DNA of 64,000 nucleotides from Thermaceae bacterium (GCA_027067955.1 JAMOUW010000076.1:1937-65936), one strand, 5' to 3'. Shown: positions 38,731-49,726, numbered from the stretch's first letter. Numbers and translations are program-made. Notes: a model not told the origin generated them from the letters alone.

Positions 38731-39738
38731 TCAGCGGCGGTAACGGCCGCCCACGAACTCGCCCACCCCCCAGACGCGCACGTCCTCGCCGAACCAGGTG
38801 CCCGAGCCCTCTACCGGGCCCTCCCAGTAGGCCACAGGAAGGCCCGATCCGCGGATCTCCTGCTCGAGCCGCTTAGGTAAAATTTCGAGCCGCCAGCCCT
38901 CCCCTTCCACCCGCCAGGCCACCGCGTAGCGCAGCCCCGTGACCGGCGAGGTCCAGTAGGCGAGCGGCCCCATCCGCATCCCCTCGAGCCGGGTGACCCC
39001 GCCGGCGGCGTCCACGCGGGTGGCGTGCAGCACCTTGACCTTCCCCTCGCGGTCGCGGATGCGGTAGAGCATCAGGTCGTCGCCGTTCGAGAGGTGAACG
39101 CCGTACCAGTCCCACAGTGCGGCCACGCCGCTCATCTGCTCGCCCCACTGATGGTCAATCCAGGCGGTGCCGCGCACCTCGCGGCCCAGGACGGTACCGC
39201 GCAGTTCGGCGCGCGTGTAGGAAACGTAGTACATGCGGCCGGTCTCGGCCGTGCCCGACCAACCCGGGGGGTGGACCACGGGCGGCTTAGTCGGCGTCAA
39301 GGCCACGTCCACCGAACCGGCCTGCAGGCGGAACCCCTCGGGGGTGCGCTGGAAACGCCAGCCGTCGAGGTCGAGGTATAGCGGGTCCGCGCGCACCTCC
39401 GCACGCAGCTCAGGGAAGTCGTGACGCTCGGTGAACTCGAACCGATCGGACCGCAGGTCGGTAACGGCCAGGTGCTCGCTGGCGAAGGGGTACGGGAAAA
39501 CCGTGCGCGCCGGTAACCCCAGGACCCGGTAACCCTCGGGAGCGTAGTATTTAAAGAACGCCCAGTGAAAAGCCAGCTGCTCTTCCGGCAGGTAGGCGGA
39601 TACATACCACCACTCAACCGGCGCAGGCTGCGGGTCCCACTGTCCCGGGTCCGGCGGAGTGCCGGGATCCACACCCTGCAAACGGGGGGCGCAAGCAGTC
39701 AGTGCCAGAAGCAAAGCTCCCGCATAAAGACGGTTCAT
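38731..39738 (-). CDS. AttH/CrtC-like double-lipocalin lipoprotein
   Basis: Lipobox LTAC; VEWWY, YYVSY, WIDHQWG, WDW and YWEG motifs; TATGCT 6 nt before ATG. Confidence 0.82.
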   Translation of the reverse strand: MNRLYAGALLLALTACAPRLQGVDPGTPPDPGQWDPQPAPVEWWYVSAYLPEEQLAFHWAFFKYYAPEGYRVLGLPARTVFPYPFASEHLAVTDLRSDRFEFTERHDFPELRAEVRADPLYLDLDGWRFQRTPEGFRLQAGSVDVALTPTKPPVVHPPGWSGTAETGRMYYVSYTRAELRGTVLGREVRGTAWIDHQWGEQMSGVAALWDWYGVHLSNGDDLMLYRIRDREGKVKVLHATRVDAAGGVTRLEGMRMGPLAYWTSPVTGLRYAVAWRVEGEGWRLEILPKRLEQEIRGSGLPVAYWEGPVEGSGTWFGEDVRVWGVGEFVGGRYRR

Positions 39739-39751
39739 GTCCGCAGCATAC

Positions 39752-39784
39752 AAAAGGCAGGCCCCGGCGATAGACGGGGCCTGC
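39752..39784 (-). terminator. terminator after the oxidoreductase beta gene
   Basis: 10-bp stem GCAGGCCCCG/CGGGGCCTGC followed by CTTTT on the minus strand. Confidence 0.6.
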
Positions 39785-39799
39785 GACAAACAACCTGTA

Positions 39800-40660
39800 C
39801 TAGCGGAAGACTTCTATCAATTCGGTAGTGCTCTCGAAGCTGCGGCGCTCGAGCGCCTTCTGGCGCGCCTCTTCGGCCACCCCCTCCAGAGTGGGTACCC
39901 CCTCGATCTTGTAAATCACACCCAGGGGCACCTTGTCGGTCCACTGGGTGACCTCGTGGGCCTGGTTCCAATCGGAGGGATCGTGCTTTTCATCCAGATA
40001 CTCGCCCCGCTCGCGGATGACGTTGAACTCCTGGCGCCCCCGGAAGGTAACGCAGGGGCTCTTGACGTTAACGAGCGCGAATCCCTTGTGCCGGGTGGCC
40101 TGTACTATCAGGTCGCGCAGGTGCTTGACGTTGCCAGAGAAACCCTGGGCGATGAAGGTGGCCCCCAGCTCGAGCGCCAGCGCTAGAGGGTTGAGCGGGC
40201 GCTCGGGGTTCCCCTGCGGAGTCGACTTGGTTACGTCGCCGTGAGGAGTGGTCGGTGATACCTGGCCCTTGGTAAGACCGTAGATGTGATTGTCCATCAC
40301 GATGTAGGTGATGTCGGGATTGCGGCGGATAGTGTGCACGAAGTGGTTGGTGCCGATCGAGTAACCGTCCCCGTCACCGCCGGCAGCCCAAACGGTCATG
40401 TCGGGCCTGGCGAGCTTCGCCCCCGCGGCGATGGGGAGGGCGCGTCCGTGAATCGAGTTGAAGCCGAAGCTGTTGATGTATCCGGCTATACGGCTGGAGC
40501 AACCGATTCCCGATACGACCATCAGGTTCTCGGGCGGGAGCTGCAATTCGGCCGCCGCCTGCTGCATGGCGTTGAGCACGCCGAAATCGCCGCAGCCCGG
40601 ACACCAAACGATGGGCACGGAGGTCTTGTAGTCCTTGGCGGTTAGCTTTACCGGTTCCAT
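39800..40660 (-). CDS. 2-oxoacid:ferredoxin oxidoreductase beta subunit
   Basis: WCPGCGD, SGIGCS, HGR, GDGD and YGLTKGQ motifs. Confidence 0.93.
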   Translation of the reverse strand: MEPVKLTAKDYKTSVPIVWCPGCGDFGVLNAMQQAAAELQLPPENLMVVSGIGCSSRIAGYINSFGFNSIHGRALPIAAGAKLARPDMTVWAAGGDGDGYSIGTNHFVHTIRRNPDITYIVMDNHIYGLTKGQVSPTTPHGDVTKSTPQGNPERPLNPLALALELGATFIAQGFSGNVKHLRDLIVQATRHKGFALVNVKSPCVTFRGRQEFNVIRERGEYLDEKHDPSDWNQAHEVTQWTDKVPLGVIYKIEGVPTLEGVAEEARQKALERRSFESTTELIEVFR

Positions 40661-40661
40661 C

Positions 40662-42437
40662 TCAGGCCTCCCGAAGCATGCCGAGCTCGGCTGCGTGTTT
40701 CTTGATGGTTTCGAAGACTTCGCTCACCAACAGGGGGTTGGCCCCCGAGCGCGCGTACGAGTGGGTTTCATCAGGCAGACCGTCGTAATAAGCCCGCAGG
40801 TAACGGTAGAACTGCGCCCCAAAGGAAAGCTCCACCACCACGGCACGCTTTACACCCTTGAGGGCTGCGTCGAACGCTTTTTCGGGAACCGGATAGATGA
40901 GCTGGGGCACAATCGCCTTGACCTTTATTCCCAATTCCTGCGCCTGCTCTATAGCCTCGCGCACCGCCCCCTTGGAGGAGCCCCAGGCGAGTATGGCGAG
41001 CTCGGCGTCGTCGTCGCCATAGATGCGCACGAAACCCGACTCCTCGGCAATCAGCGGCAGTTTGCGGGCACGCTTTTCGCTCATCGTCTGGTGCAGGGTG
41101 CCGCTGGAAGTAGGACGGCCGTCCTCGTGGTGTTCGAGGCCGCTAATCACGTGCTGACCGCCAGCCATGCCGGGAATCGCCATGGGCGATACGCCCGTGT
41201 CGGTGAGCTTGTAGCGCTTGTAATCTTTGAGGTCACTGGGTTTAGCAAGCTGACGGCTGATGACACGCTTGCGGGCAAAGAGCACCTCGGCCTCCACGGT
41301 CTCGCTGCGCTCGCCCAAGAACTGATCGGTAAGGATCATTACCGGTATCTGATATTTCTCAGCTATATAAAATGCTTCTACAGCGACCTGGAAATTGTCC
41401 TCCACGTCGCTGGGGGCCAGTACTACGCGCGGTACGTCACCATGGGTACCGCCCACGGCCTGGAAGAGGTCGGCCTGTTCGCTCTTGGAGGGGATTCCGG
41501 TAGAGGGCCCGACCCGCTGGACGTTGACGACCACCAGCGGTATCTCCGCCATGGCCGCGAGGCCGAAGGCCTCCTGCTTGAGCGCGATTCCCGGGCCGCT
41601 GGATGCGGTCATCGCCTGTTTACCGGCCCAGCTGGCACCGATGGCGTAGGTGATTGCCGCAATCTCGTCTTCCGTCTGCACCACCGCACCGCCGAAATGG
41701 GGCAACCATTTGGAGAGGAATTCGAGAATCGGACTCGCCGGCGTGATAGGGTAACCGGAGAAAACCTTGACCCCCGCGTGTATGGCGCCATAGGCTACGG
41801 CATCGTCGCCGGTCATCACCAGCTTGGGCTCGCCCGAGCCCTCCGCCTCCAGCACTACCTGGGTCCCCTGCGGAAGGTTCTCGTTCACCCAGGCTTTGCC
41901 GAGGTCGATTGCCTGGAAGTTGACCTGGGCGGCTTCGGGCTTGCGCTTGCCGAACTTTTTCATGACCGCGTCTTTGATCGCCTCGAGCGGCAGGTGCAAC
42001 AGCTCTGCAATCACGCCCAGAGTGACCATGTTCTTGGTGAGGGGAACTTTGATCTCCTCCGCGGCCATCTTCTTGAAGGGCACGGGAATGTACTCGATAT
42101 CGAGATCCGCGTCAATTGGAAACTCCTCGCGCGGGGTGCTGTCGGCCTCGTCGTAGAGAACCACCGCCCCCTTGCGCAGCTGAATCTCATCGAGAAAACG
42201 GTTGAAGTCCTTCCAGCTGAACACGACCAGGAAATCGACGTAGTCGCCCTGACTGTAGATGGGTCGGTCCGATATGCGGATCCGCGCCGAGGATTCTCCG
42301 CCACGGATCTGGGGCCCGTAGGACTTGAGCATGAAAGCGTGTAAACCCTTCCGGGCCGCGGCCTGAACGATGAAATCACCCGCAGTGATTACCCCGTCCC
42401 CGCCCGAACCGGCGATTGCCAGCGTTACGTCTTGCAT
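40662..42437 (-). CDS. 2-oxoacid:ferredoxin oxidoreductase alpha subunit (fused gamma)
   Basis: GSGGDGV, QIRGGES, YPITP, EDEI and QRVGPSTG motifs; GGAGG SD before ATG 42437. Confidence 0.93.
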   Translation of the reverse strand: MQDVTLAIAGSGGDGVITAGDFIVQAAARKGLHAFMLKSYGPQIRGGESSARIRISDRPIYSQGDYVDFLVVFSWKDFNRFLDEIQLRKGAVVLYDEADSTPREEFPIDADLDIEYIPVPFKKMAAEEIKVPLTKNMVTLGVIAELLHLPLEAIKDAVMKKFGKRKPEAAQVNFQAIDLGKAWVNENLPQGTQVVLEAEGSGEPKLVMTGDDAVAYGAIHAGVKVFSGYPITPASPILEFLSKWLPHFGGAVVQTEDEIAAITYAIGASWAGKQAMTASSGPGIALKQEAFGLAAMAEIPLVVVNVQRVGPSTGIPSKSEQADLFQAVGGTHGDVPRVVLAPSDVEDNFQVAVEAFYIAEKYQIPVMILTDQFLGERSETVEAEVLFARKRVISRQLAKPSDLKDYKRYKLTDTGVSPMAIPGMAGGQHVISGLEHHEDGRPTSSGTLHQTMSEKRARKLPLIAEESGFVRIYGDDDAELAILAWGSSKGAVREAIEQAQELGIKVKAIVPQLIYPVPEKAFDAALKGVKRAVVVELSFGAQFYRYLRAYYDGLPDETHSYARSGANPLLVSEVFETIKKHAAELGMLREA

Positions 42438-42572
42438 CTTATTACCCTCCGTAGGGCCGGGGCTGGTAGCCCCAAAACCGCCGCTTATTCTAGCACTAGT
42501 TATGCGCCGCCACGCATGGGAAATAAGCCCCTGGCGAAGCTGGCAGCACTTTTGTGCTACCCTACTTTCGGC

Positions 42573-43331
42573 ATGACAGACACCCACGCCCATCTGGACC
42601 GCCTGGAAACGCCCGGGGCGGCGCTCGAGCGCGCCGGCAACTTGCAGGCGGTACTCACTCTCGGCACAGACGTGGAAAGCAGCGCCGCGGCCACCGGCTT
42701 TGCCGAAACGTGGCCCAACGTGTTCGCCGGGGTAGGTATCCACCCCACCGAAGCGGAAAATTATACGGCCGCCGCAGCCGAGCTATTGCGCGAGCTGGCC
42801 GGCCATCCGCGTGTGCGCGCCAGCGGCGAAACCGGCATCGATTACTACTGGGACGCCGCTTCCCGGGAGGCGCAGTTGCGGGCGCTCGAGTTCCAGTTCG
42901 ACCTCGCCCGCGAGCACGACTTGGTTATGGTATTCCACGTGCGTTCGCAGGATGGCTCCGACGCCGCCGAACGCGACCTGGAGTCGTGGATTCGGAACAA
43001 TCACCCGCCCCGTTTCGTGTTGCACGCCTTCGGCGGTGACATGAAGCTGGCCGAAACAGCCCTAGAGCTGGGAGGATACGTCAGCTTCGCCGGCAACCTC
43101 ACCTACAAGAAAAACTCCCATCTCCGCAACGCCGCGGCTTCGTTGCCCGCAGACCGGCTGCTCGTGGAAACCGACAGCCCTTACCTGCCCCCGGTTCCAA
43201 TGCGCGGCAAGAAGAACGAGCCCGCCTTCGTGCGCTACACCCTGGAAACGATGGCGGCCGTCCGCGGCCTGGAATTCCAGGAGATGGAAAGAATCAGCGA
43301 CGAAAACGCCCGGAGGCTATTCCGATGGTAG
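42573..43331 (+). CDS. tatD: TatD-family DNase
   Basis: DTHAH, GIHP, GETGID, HVR and ETDSPY motifs. Confidence 0.92.
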   Translation: MTDTHAHLDRLETPGAALERAGNLQAVLTLGTDVESSAAATGFAETWPNVFAGVGIHPTEAENYTAAAAELLRELAGHPRVRASGETGIDYYWDAASREAQLRALEFQFDLAREHDLVMVFHVRSQDGSDAAERDLESWIRNNHPPRFVLHAFGGDMKLAETALELGGYVSFAGNLTYKKNSHLRNAAASLPADRLLVETDSPYLPPVPMRGKKNEPAFVRYTLETMAAVRGLEFQEMERISDENARRLFRW

Positions 43332-44491
43332 CGCCCGTTCGTTTCCTGGTGCACTACCATGAGATTGGACTCAAAGGGAAAAACAGACGCCACTTCGAAC
43401 AGCTTCTCGCCCAGCGGCTGCGCGACGCGCTGGGTCCCGAAACCGTGGTGCGCCTGCTGCACGGACGCCTGCTCGTCGAACCTCCAGAGCGCATGGCGGC
43501 GGAGGTGCAAGACCGGCTAGCAAGGGTCTTCGGCGTCGCCTATTACGCCCGGGTGCGCAGCACACCCGTCGATTTTGACGAGATCGCGGAGGCGGCCCTC
43601 GAGCTCATGGCCGGTTACCCGGGAAGTTTCCGGGTGCGCGCCAAGCGCGCCAACAAGAAGCTGCCCTTCACCTCCCCCGAAGCAGAACGCGAAATAGGAG
43701 CGCGTATTGTCGCGGCCAGCAGCCGCCCGGTGCACCTAAAGGGAGCCGACGTGGAGGTATTCGTCGAGTTCTATCAGGACGAAGCCTGGGTATACACTTC
43801 GGCTCAGCGAAACCCCGGCCCCGGTGGCCTGCCAGTAGGCTCCAGCGGCAAGGTGGTAGTTCTTATTAGCGGCGGCATCGACTCCCCCGTCGCTGCCTGG
43901 CGCATGGCCAAGCGCGGCGCGCGGCCGGTCTATATTCACTTCCACTCCTACCCCCACACCAGCCTGGACTCGCTAAGGAAAACGGTGGAGGAACTGGAGG
44001 TGCTGGCCCGCTGGCACGGACCAAGCCGGCTCTACGTCGTCCCGCTAGCCGGCGTACAGGAGAAAATCTTCGCCAATTGCCCCGAGCGCTACCGCACCCT
44101 CCTCTACCGCCGCTTCATGTACCGCATCGCCCAGCGCGCCGCCGAGCGCGAGGGCGCGGGGGCGCTGGTCACGGGCGACGCCTTGGGGCAGGTGGCGAGC
44201 CAGACCTTGGAGAACCTGCACGCGGTGGAACAAGCCGTGAGGATGACCGTTCTCAGACCGCTGATCGGCATGGACAAGACCGAGGTCATAGCCGAGGCTC
44301 AGCGTATCGGCACGTACGAGACATCCATCCAGCCCCAGCAGGACTGCTGCAGCTTCCTCGAACCCAAACACCCTGCAACCAAAAGCACACCCGAGCAGCT
44401 GGAACGGGCCGAGTCCGCATTGAACGTCCCGGCGATGGTCGAAGAAGCCTGGAAGCAAGCAGAACTGCGGCGCATCAAACTGCGGAATTGA
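43325..44491 (+). CDS. thiI: tRNA 4-thiouridine synthase (THUMP + PP-loop, no rhodanese domain)
   Basis: EIGLKGKNR, GGLPVG, SGGIDS, GQVASQTL, RPLIG and DCC motifs. Confidence 0.93.
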   Translation: MVAPVRFLVHYHEIGLKGKNRRHFEQLLAQRLRDALGPETVVRLLHGRLLVEPPERMAAEVQDRLARVFGVAYYARVRSTPVDFDEIAEAALELMAGYPGSFRVRAKRANKKLPFTSPEAEREIGARIVAASSRPVHLKGADVEVFVEFYQDEAWVYTSAQRNPGPGGLPVGSSGKVVVLISGGIDSPVAAWRMAKRGARPVYIHFHSYPHTSLDSLRKTVEELEVLARWHGPSRLYVVPLAGVQEKIFANCPERYRTLLYRRFMYRIAQRAAEREGAGALVTGDALGQVASQTLENLHAVEQAVRMTVLRPLIGMDKTEVIAEAQRIGTYETSIQPQQDCCSFLEPKHPATKSTPEQLERAESALNVPAMVEEAWKQAELRRIKLRN

Positions 44492-44540
44492 ACAGCCTTT
44501 TCCGAACTAACGGTCTAGAATGCCCCAAGGGAGGACGTCC

Positions 44541-45842
44541 ATGCGAGGATTCGTCGCCGCAGCCCTCAGTCTCTTCACCCTTGCCTTCGCCGCGCCCGGG
44601 CCTGATTTGTGGGTCCAGCCCGATGACGGCGTCCGTCCACTAATACAGCTAATTGATACTGCCACGTCTTCGATCAGGTTGAAGGTCTACCTCTGGACCC
44701 CAAGCCGCATGGACGTCGTCGAGGCGCTGGGGCGGGCGGTGGATCGGGGCGTAGACGTGCGGGTACTACTCGAGCGCGAGCCCGCCGGCGGCCGGCCCAG
44801 CATGGAAATTATCAGCGCCCTGCGCGATCAAGGCGTTGACCTGCGCCTATCCAAGCCCTTCCGCTTCGTTTTCGTGCACGAAAAAAGCATGGTGATAGAT
44901 GACCGTGTAGCCTGGTTCGGCAGCGGCAATCTAACCGGCTCCACCTTCAAAGCCAACCGCGAATACATGCTGGTTACCAAAAGGCCCGCCTGGGTAAGCG
45001 AGATTGCGCGTGTCTTTGACGCCGACTGGCGTGGCCGCCGTATAGATCTTTCCAATGCAGTCCTGGTCTGGAGCCCCGACCGGATGATGCGCGGGGTGCG
45101 GGAAGGAAACGCCCGCGAAAAAGTGCTGGGCCTCATCCGCGCCGCGAAGTCCACCCTCTTCCTGGAACAGGCGGGGATGGTGGACGAGGAAGTCATAGGC
45201 GCTATTGAAAATGCGGTGCGGCGCGGTGTACACGTGCGTCTCGTCGGCAGCCCCGCGGATCCCGCAGAAAACACTTACTTCGTTCCCGGCGCCGAACGCT
45301 TGCGTGTGGCAGGCGTACGCCTCCGCTATCTTCCCAGCCCCTACGTGCACGCCAAGGTTATTGTTGCCGACGGCAATACCGCGCTTTTGGGTTCCATCAA
45401 CATAAGCCAAAGCTCCCTGAACGCCAACCGCGAGCTGGGAGCGATCATAACTGCCGCAGATGAACCAAAGGCCTTCTTCCGGTTGCTGAGAACGATGGAA
45501 ACTGACTGGAAGAACGCCCGGCCCGATAATCCCTTCCTGCTGCCGCCAGTAACGGGAGTGATCCCCTGGACCGAAGCGGCAAAATATTATGGCCGAGTCG
45601 TCACCGTAGAAGGCCGCATCGCCGCCGTGGAAAGCCGCACCGGCGTCGCCTTTCTCAAGTTCGCGGACGCGCCCGATGCCTTTCGTCTGGTATTTTTTCC
45701 GCGCGTCTACGGCAGCTTTGACCAACCCTTTCCCAAGGCTTACCTGGGCAAGGAAGTGCGCGCCACCGGAAGAGTGAAAATCTACGCGGGCTACTACGAA
45801 ATCATAATCAGCAGCCCGAACCAGCTGGAGGTGTTGCAGTGA
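44541..45842 (+). CDS. secreted phospholipase-D-family enzyme with C-terminal OB fold
   Basis: Signal peptide; two HKD motifs (HEKSMVID, HAKVIVAD); C-terminal GRVVTVEG...GKEVRATGRV. Confidence 0.88.
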   Translation: MRGFVAAALSLFTLAFAAPGPDLWVQPDDGVRPLIQLIDTATSSIRLKVYLWTPSRMDVVEALGRAVDRGVDVRVLLEREPAGGRPSMEIISALRDQGVDLRLSKPFRFVFVHEKSMVIDDRVAWFGSGNLTGSTFKANREYMLVTKRPAWVSEIARVFDADWRGRRIDLSNAVLVWSPDRMMRGVREGNAREKVLGLIRAAKSTLFLEQAGMVDEEVIGAIENAVRRGVHVRLVGSPADPAENTYFVPGAERLRVAGVRLRYLPSPYVHAKVIVADGNTALLGSINISQSSLNANRELGAIITAADEPKAFFRLLRTMETDWKNARPDNPFLLPPVTGVIPWTEAAKYYGRVVTVEGRIAAVESRTGVAFLKFADAPDAFRLVFFPRVYGSFDQPFPKAYLGKEVRATGRVKIYAGYYEIIISSPNQLEVLQ

Positions 45843-46144
45843 GCCTGACAACGACGCTCGAAGGTGTCCGCAACGTCCTACGCACCTTAGGATACGACGT
45901 ATGGGAAAACGAGGACGGACTGGAAGCGGAACGGCGCCAGGTGGGTCTGACCTATCGCATGTATTATTCTTTTTCCGGTGATCTCAAATTAGAGAAAATA
46001 CGCAGCAAACCCGAGGAAGTGCGCGAAGCACTCCTGGCCGACCATCCAGGCCAGTTCGTGCGCCAGGAGGAGGTACGCGAATCTTTCTTTACCGTCTGCG
46101 AGCCGGAGGAGCTGTTAGGGCTCCTTAAGGCCTGGGAAGCTTGA
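45839..46144 (+). CDS. hypothetical protein
   Basis: GTGA overlap with the PLD gene and GGAGG SD. Confidence 0.65.
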   Translation: MSLTTTLEGVRNVLRTLGYDVWENEDGLEAERRQVGLTYRMYYSFSGDLKLEKIRSKPEEVREALLADHPGQFVRQEEVRESFFTVCEPEELLGLLKAWEA

Positions 46145-46169
46145 CCTATGCAGAAAATGCGCATAGACT
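46141..46169 (+). promoter_or_regulatory. promoter of the aspS leader
   Basis: TTGACC-N17-TAGACT. Confidence 0.75.
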
Positions 46170-46178
46170 TGCATTAGC

Positions 46179-46208
46179 ATGCGCGGCTTGCTGAATAACG
46201 ATCGCTAG
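46179..46208 (+). CDS. Asn/Asp leader peptide MRGLLNNDR
   Basis: ATG CGC GGC TTG CTG AAT AAC GAT CGC TAG, located between the promoter and the attenuator hairpins. Confidence 0.7.
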   Translation: MRGLLNNDR

Positions 46209-46209
46209 C

Positions 46210-46263
46210 GGGGGAAGGCAACCTTATTCCCCCCGGTTCCCCATGAACCGGGGGGAATTTTAT
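46210..46263 (+). terminator. attenuator: antiterminator and terminator hairpins
   Basis: Perfect 14-bp stem 46226-39/46245-58 running into TTTTAT. GGGGGAA (46210-16) can alternatively pair with TTCCCCC (46227-33). Confidence 0.78.
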
Positions 46264-46278
46264 GAAAAGAGGGAGACA

Positions 46279-47553
<1,275 letters not shown>

Positions 47554-47558
47554 GGGCG

Positions 47559-47640
47559 GTGCGTGGTGTGTAGTGCGTAGTACGTAGTTTGTGGTGCGTG
47601 GTAGCTGGGCTGGCCGGTGGCATGTAGCTCGTGGCATGTG
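47559..47640. repeat. degenerate 7-nt tandem repeats
   Basis: GTGCGTG GTGTGTA GTGCGTA GTACGTA GTTTGTG GTGCGTG GTAGCTG, then GCATGTA GCTCGTG GCATGTG. Confidence 0.8.
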
Positions 47641-47785
47641 GTGGGCCAATTAACGGCGACGAAATCACGGCTTCGCCCTTCGGCATGGACCCTGAATCAA
47701 GTTCTGGGCAGGCTACCGGGTCTCGTTCGCTAATAGCTCACTCGCCCGGGGATACGTCGTTGTTCAGGAAGATGAAAAAGCAAAT

Positions 47786-47981
47786 CGTGTCCCCGGCCAA
47801 ACGGGCGAAGCCCGCGCGAGCCGGGGCCCATGCCGCGCCAATAAGCCACGGCTGAGTCTATGGGTCCATCGCGCCTAAGCCCATTGGGTAGCGGCTAGGC
47901 TCGCGGCAACCGAATACCGGATTCTTGCACAGCATGGACCCCGGATCCCGGCGGCACAATGCCGCCCCGTCCGGGGATACG
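47786..47981. repeat. REP-like nested palindromic element
   Basis: Outer IR CGTGTCCCCGG/CCGGGGATACG, inner IR CCGGGGCCCATG/CATGGACCCCGG, internal hairpins; an extra CCGGGGATACG copy at 47746-56. Confidence 0.7.
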
Positions 47982-47991
47982 GAGAAAAGCG

Positions 47992-48019
47992 GCTTGTGGT
48001 GGGTGGCTTGTAGCCTGTG
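47992..48019. repeat. second 7-nt tandem repeat tract
   Basis: GCTTGTG GTGGGTG GCTTGTA GCCTGTG. Confidence 0.65.
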
Positions 48020-48140
48020 GTGGGGTCGTCAAAGGCAGCCCAATCTTGGCTGCGTGTGCCGCATAGAGCCCGGATATAGGTAATTTTCGGTTGTATGGTG
48101 AGGGCTTCAAAACGAAGACGGCAAGCGATGCAAGGGCGCG

Positions 48141-49613
48141 CTAGCGCAACTTCAGGGGCAGGCGCAATAACCAGGCGACAGCGAAGTAGACCGTGCTAGC
48201 CGTCAGAGAGCCTACGAGCAGTGGAGCGAGCGATACCGCCAGGTCGCGGGCCGGGCCGAGATGGTCGGCTACAAGGTTGCCCAAACAACCCGCCGCCAGT
48301 GCTGCCGGCGCCACCCGCAGCAGCAGGCTTAGCTGGGAGGCGGCGGAGAGGAGTCCGTCGCGCTGGTAGACCCAAACCATCCAGGTCAGACCCAGAACTC
48401 CGGCGATGGCGGTGGCCAGGTTCAAATAGAACATGCCGCCAGGAACAAGCAGGTAGTAGCCGAGGGTGTTGAGCAAGAAAAGACTAACGCTAATCTTCAC
48501 TGCCCGGCCTATCTGCTGGCGAGCGTAGAGGCCGCGAACGTAGAGGTTGTAAAGCCCCCAGGGCAGGAGCGCCAACCCCAGGGCTTGCATCGCCTCGGCG
48601 CTGTAGGCGAAGACCTGCGCGTCGAAGCTGCGCTTCCAGGCGAAGAGCACCGCGACCACCCAGGGCGCGAGCCCCACCATGAGCGCCGAGGCCCAGCCGA
48701 GCAGCACGGCCACACGCGCGAGGCCCTCGTCGAGCAGGCGGGCAAAGGCCGCGGTCTCCCCAGCCGCCGCGTGCGCCGAGAGGCGGGGGTAGAGCGCCAT
48801 CGCGGGCGAGACCGAAAAAAGCCCCAGGGCCATCAGATAAGTCATATCGGCGTTGCTGAAACCGGTCGCCGCGCCCAACGGCATCGAAGTGAGCAGGGCG
48901 TAGAGAACGACGGTCAGGAACTGGCGGGTCGAGGTGGTGAAAACGAAGGGCGTCATTAAGAGCGCCGCCTTGCCAATGGCCGGATGCCAGCCGAACTCGA
49001 GCCCGAAACCCCGCAGCGCGGGCACCTGCACTGCCGCCTGCAAGAATCCGCCCAGAACGTAGGCCAGCGCCAGCGCCGTCGCGCTCCCGGGCCACAGCAG
49101 CATCACCGCAATGGCCCCGGCGTTGAAGGCGAGCGGGGCGAAACTGGGCCCCCAAAACCGCTCCTCGGACTGCAGGAAGGCGCCGAAGAGGGCCGCCATG
49201 CTGATGGCCAGCAAGAAGGGCATGACCAGCCGGATTAAGTAGGTAACCAGCGCCGGATCGAGCTGGGTGTCGGCCGCCAGCAGGAGGGCCGCGAGCTGGG
49301 GGGCAAAGAGAATACCGATGCCAACCACCAGCAGGTTGAGGCCTAACAAAAAAGCGGCAAAGCGGCGCTTGAAGCTCTCGCGCTCCGCCTCGGGCACCTC
49401 GGCGAGCACGGGGATGAGGGCGTTGGTGACCGCCCCTTCGGCCAGGATCTCGCGGAAGAGGTTGGGCACCCGGTAGGCCACCAGAAAGGCGTCGGTTATG
49501 GCCTTGTCGAAGAAGTTGTTGAGCACACCCTGCCGCACAACCCCCAGTACTCGGCTGGCCAGCGTGCCCGCCATCACGATGAGGGTGTTGTGCAGGATGC
49601 GCTTCTTACTCAA
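48141..49613 (-). CDS. murJ: lipid II flippase MurJ
   Basis: TLASRVLGVVR, DAFLVAYRVPNLFR and AEGA motifs; many TM helices. Confidence 0.93.
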   Translation of the reverse strand: MSKKRILHNTLIVMAGTLASRVLGVVRQGVLNNFFDKAITDAFLVAYRVPNLFREILAEGAVTNALIPVLAEVPEAERESFKRRFAAFLLGLNLLVVGIGILFAPQLAALLLAADTQLDPALVTYLIRLVMPFLLAISMAALFGAFLQSEERFWGPSFAPLAFNAGAIAVMLLWPGSATALALAYVLGGFLQAAVQVPALRGFGLEFGWHPAIGKAALLMTPFVFTTSTRQFLTVVLYALLTSMPLGAATGFSNADMTYLMALGLFSVSPAMALYPRLSAHAAAGETAAFARLLDEGLARVAVLLGWASALMVGLAPWVVAVLFAWKRSFDAQVFAYSAEAMQALGLALLPWGLYNLYVRGLYARQQIGRAVKISVSLFLLNTLGYYLLVPGGMFYLNLATAIAGVLGLTWMVWVYQRDGLLSAASQLSLLLRVAPAALAAGCLGNLVADHLGPARDLAVSLAPLLVGSLTASTVYFAVAWLLRLPLKLR

Positions 49614-49726
49614 ACCGGGTTCAGTATAGCACCGTGAGATTCATTGCCCGGGCGAGATTGCAACTACATTACCGGCACGCACATGAATTACATACGCGCG
49701 TCGAGGGCGGCCGGCAGAAACAATAA

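Noticed and set aside
40635-42344. 569-aa plus-strand ORF, and similar long ORFs such as 26161-27444, 56385-57410 and 8162-9298
   Set aside because: These are antisense or off-frame shadows of well-supported genes. GC-rich codon bias suppresses stop codons, and they show no motifs.
46170-46263. T-box riboswitch before aspS
   Set aside because: The leader is too short for stem I and lacks the GGTGGNACC T-box bulge. The leader-peptide model fits better.
47559-48019. Possible CRISPR array
   Set aside because: The units are degenerate 7-mers without spacers, and there are no cas genes in the window.
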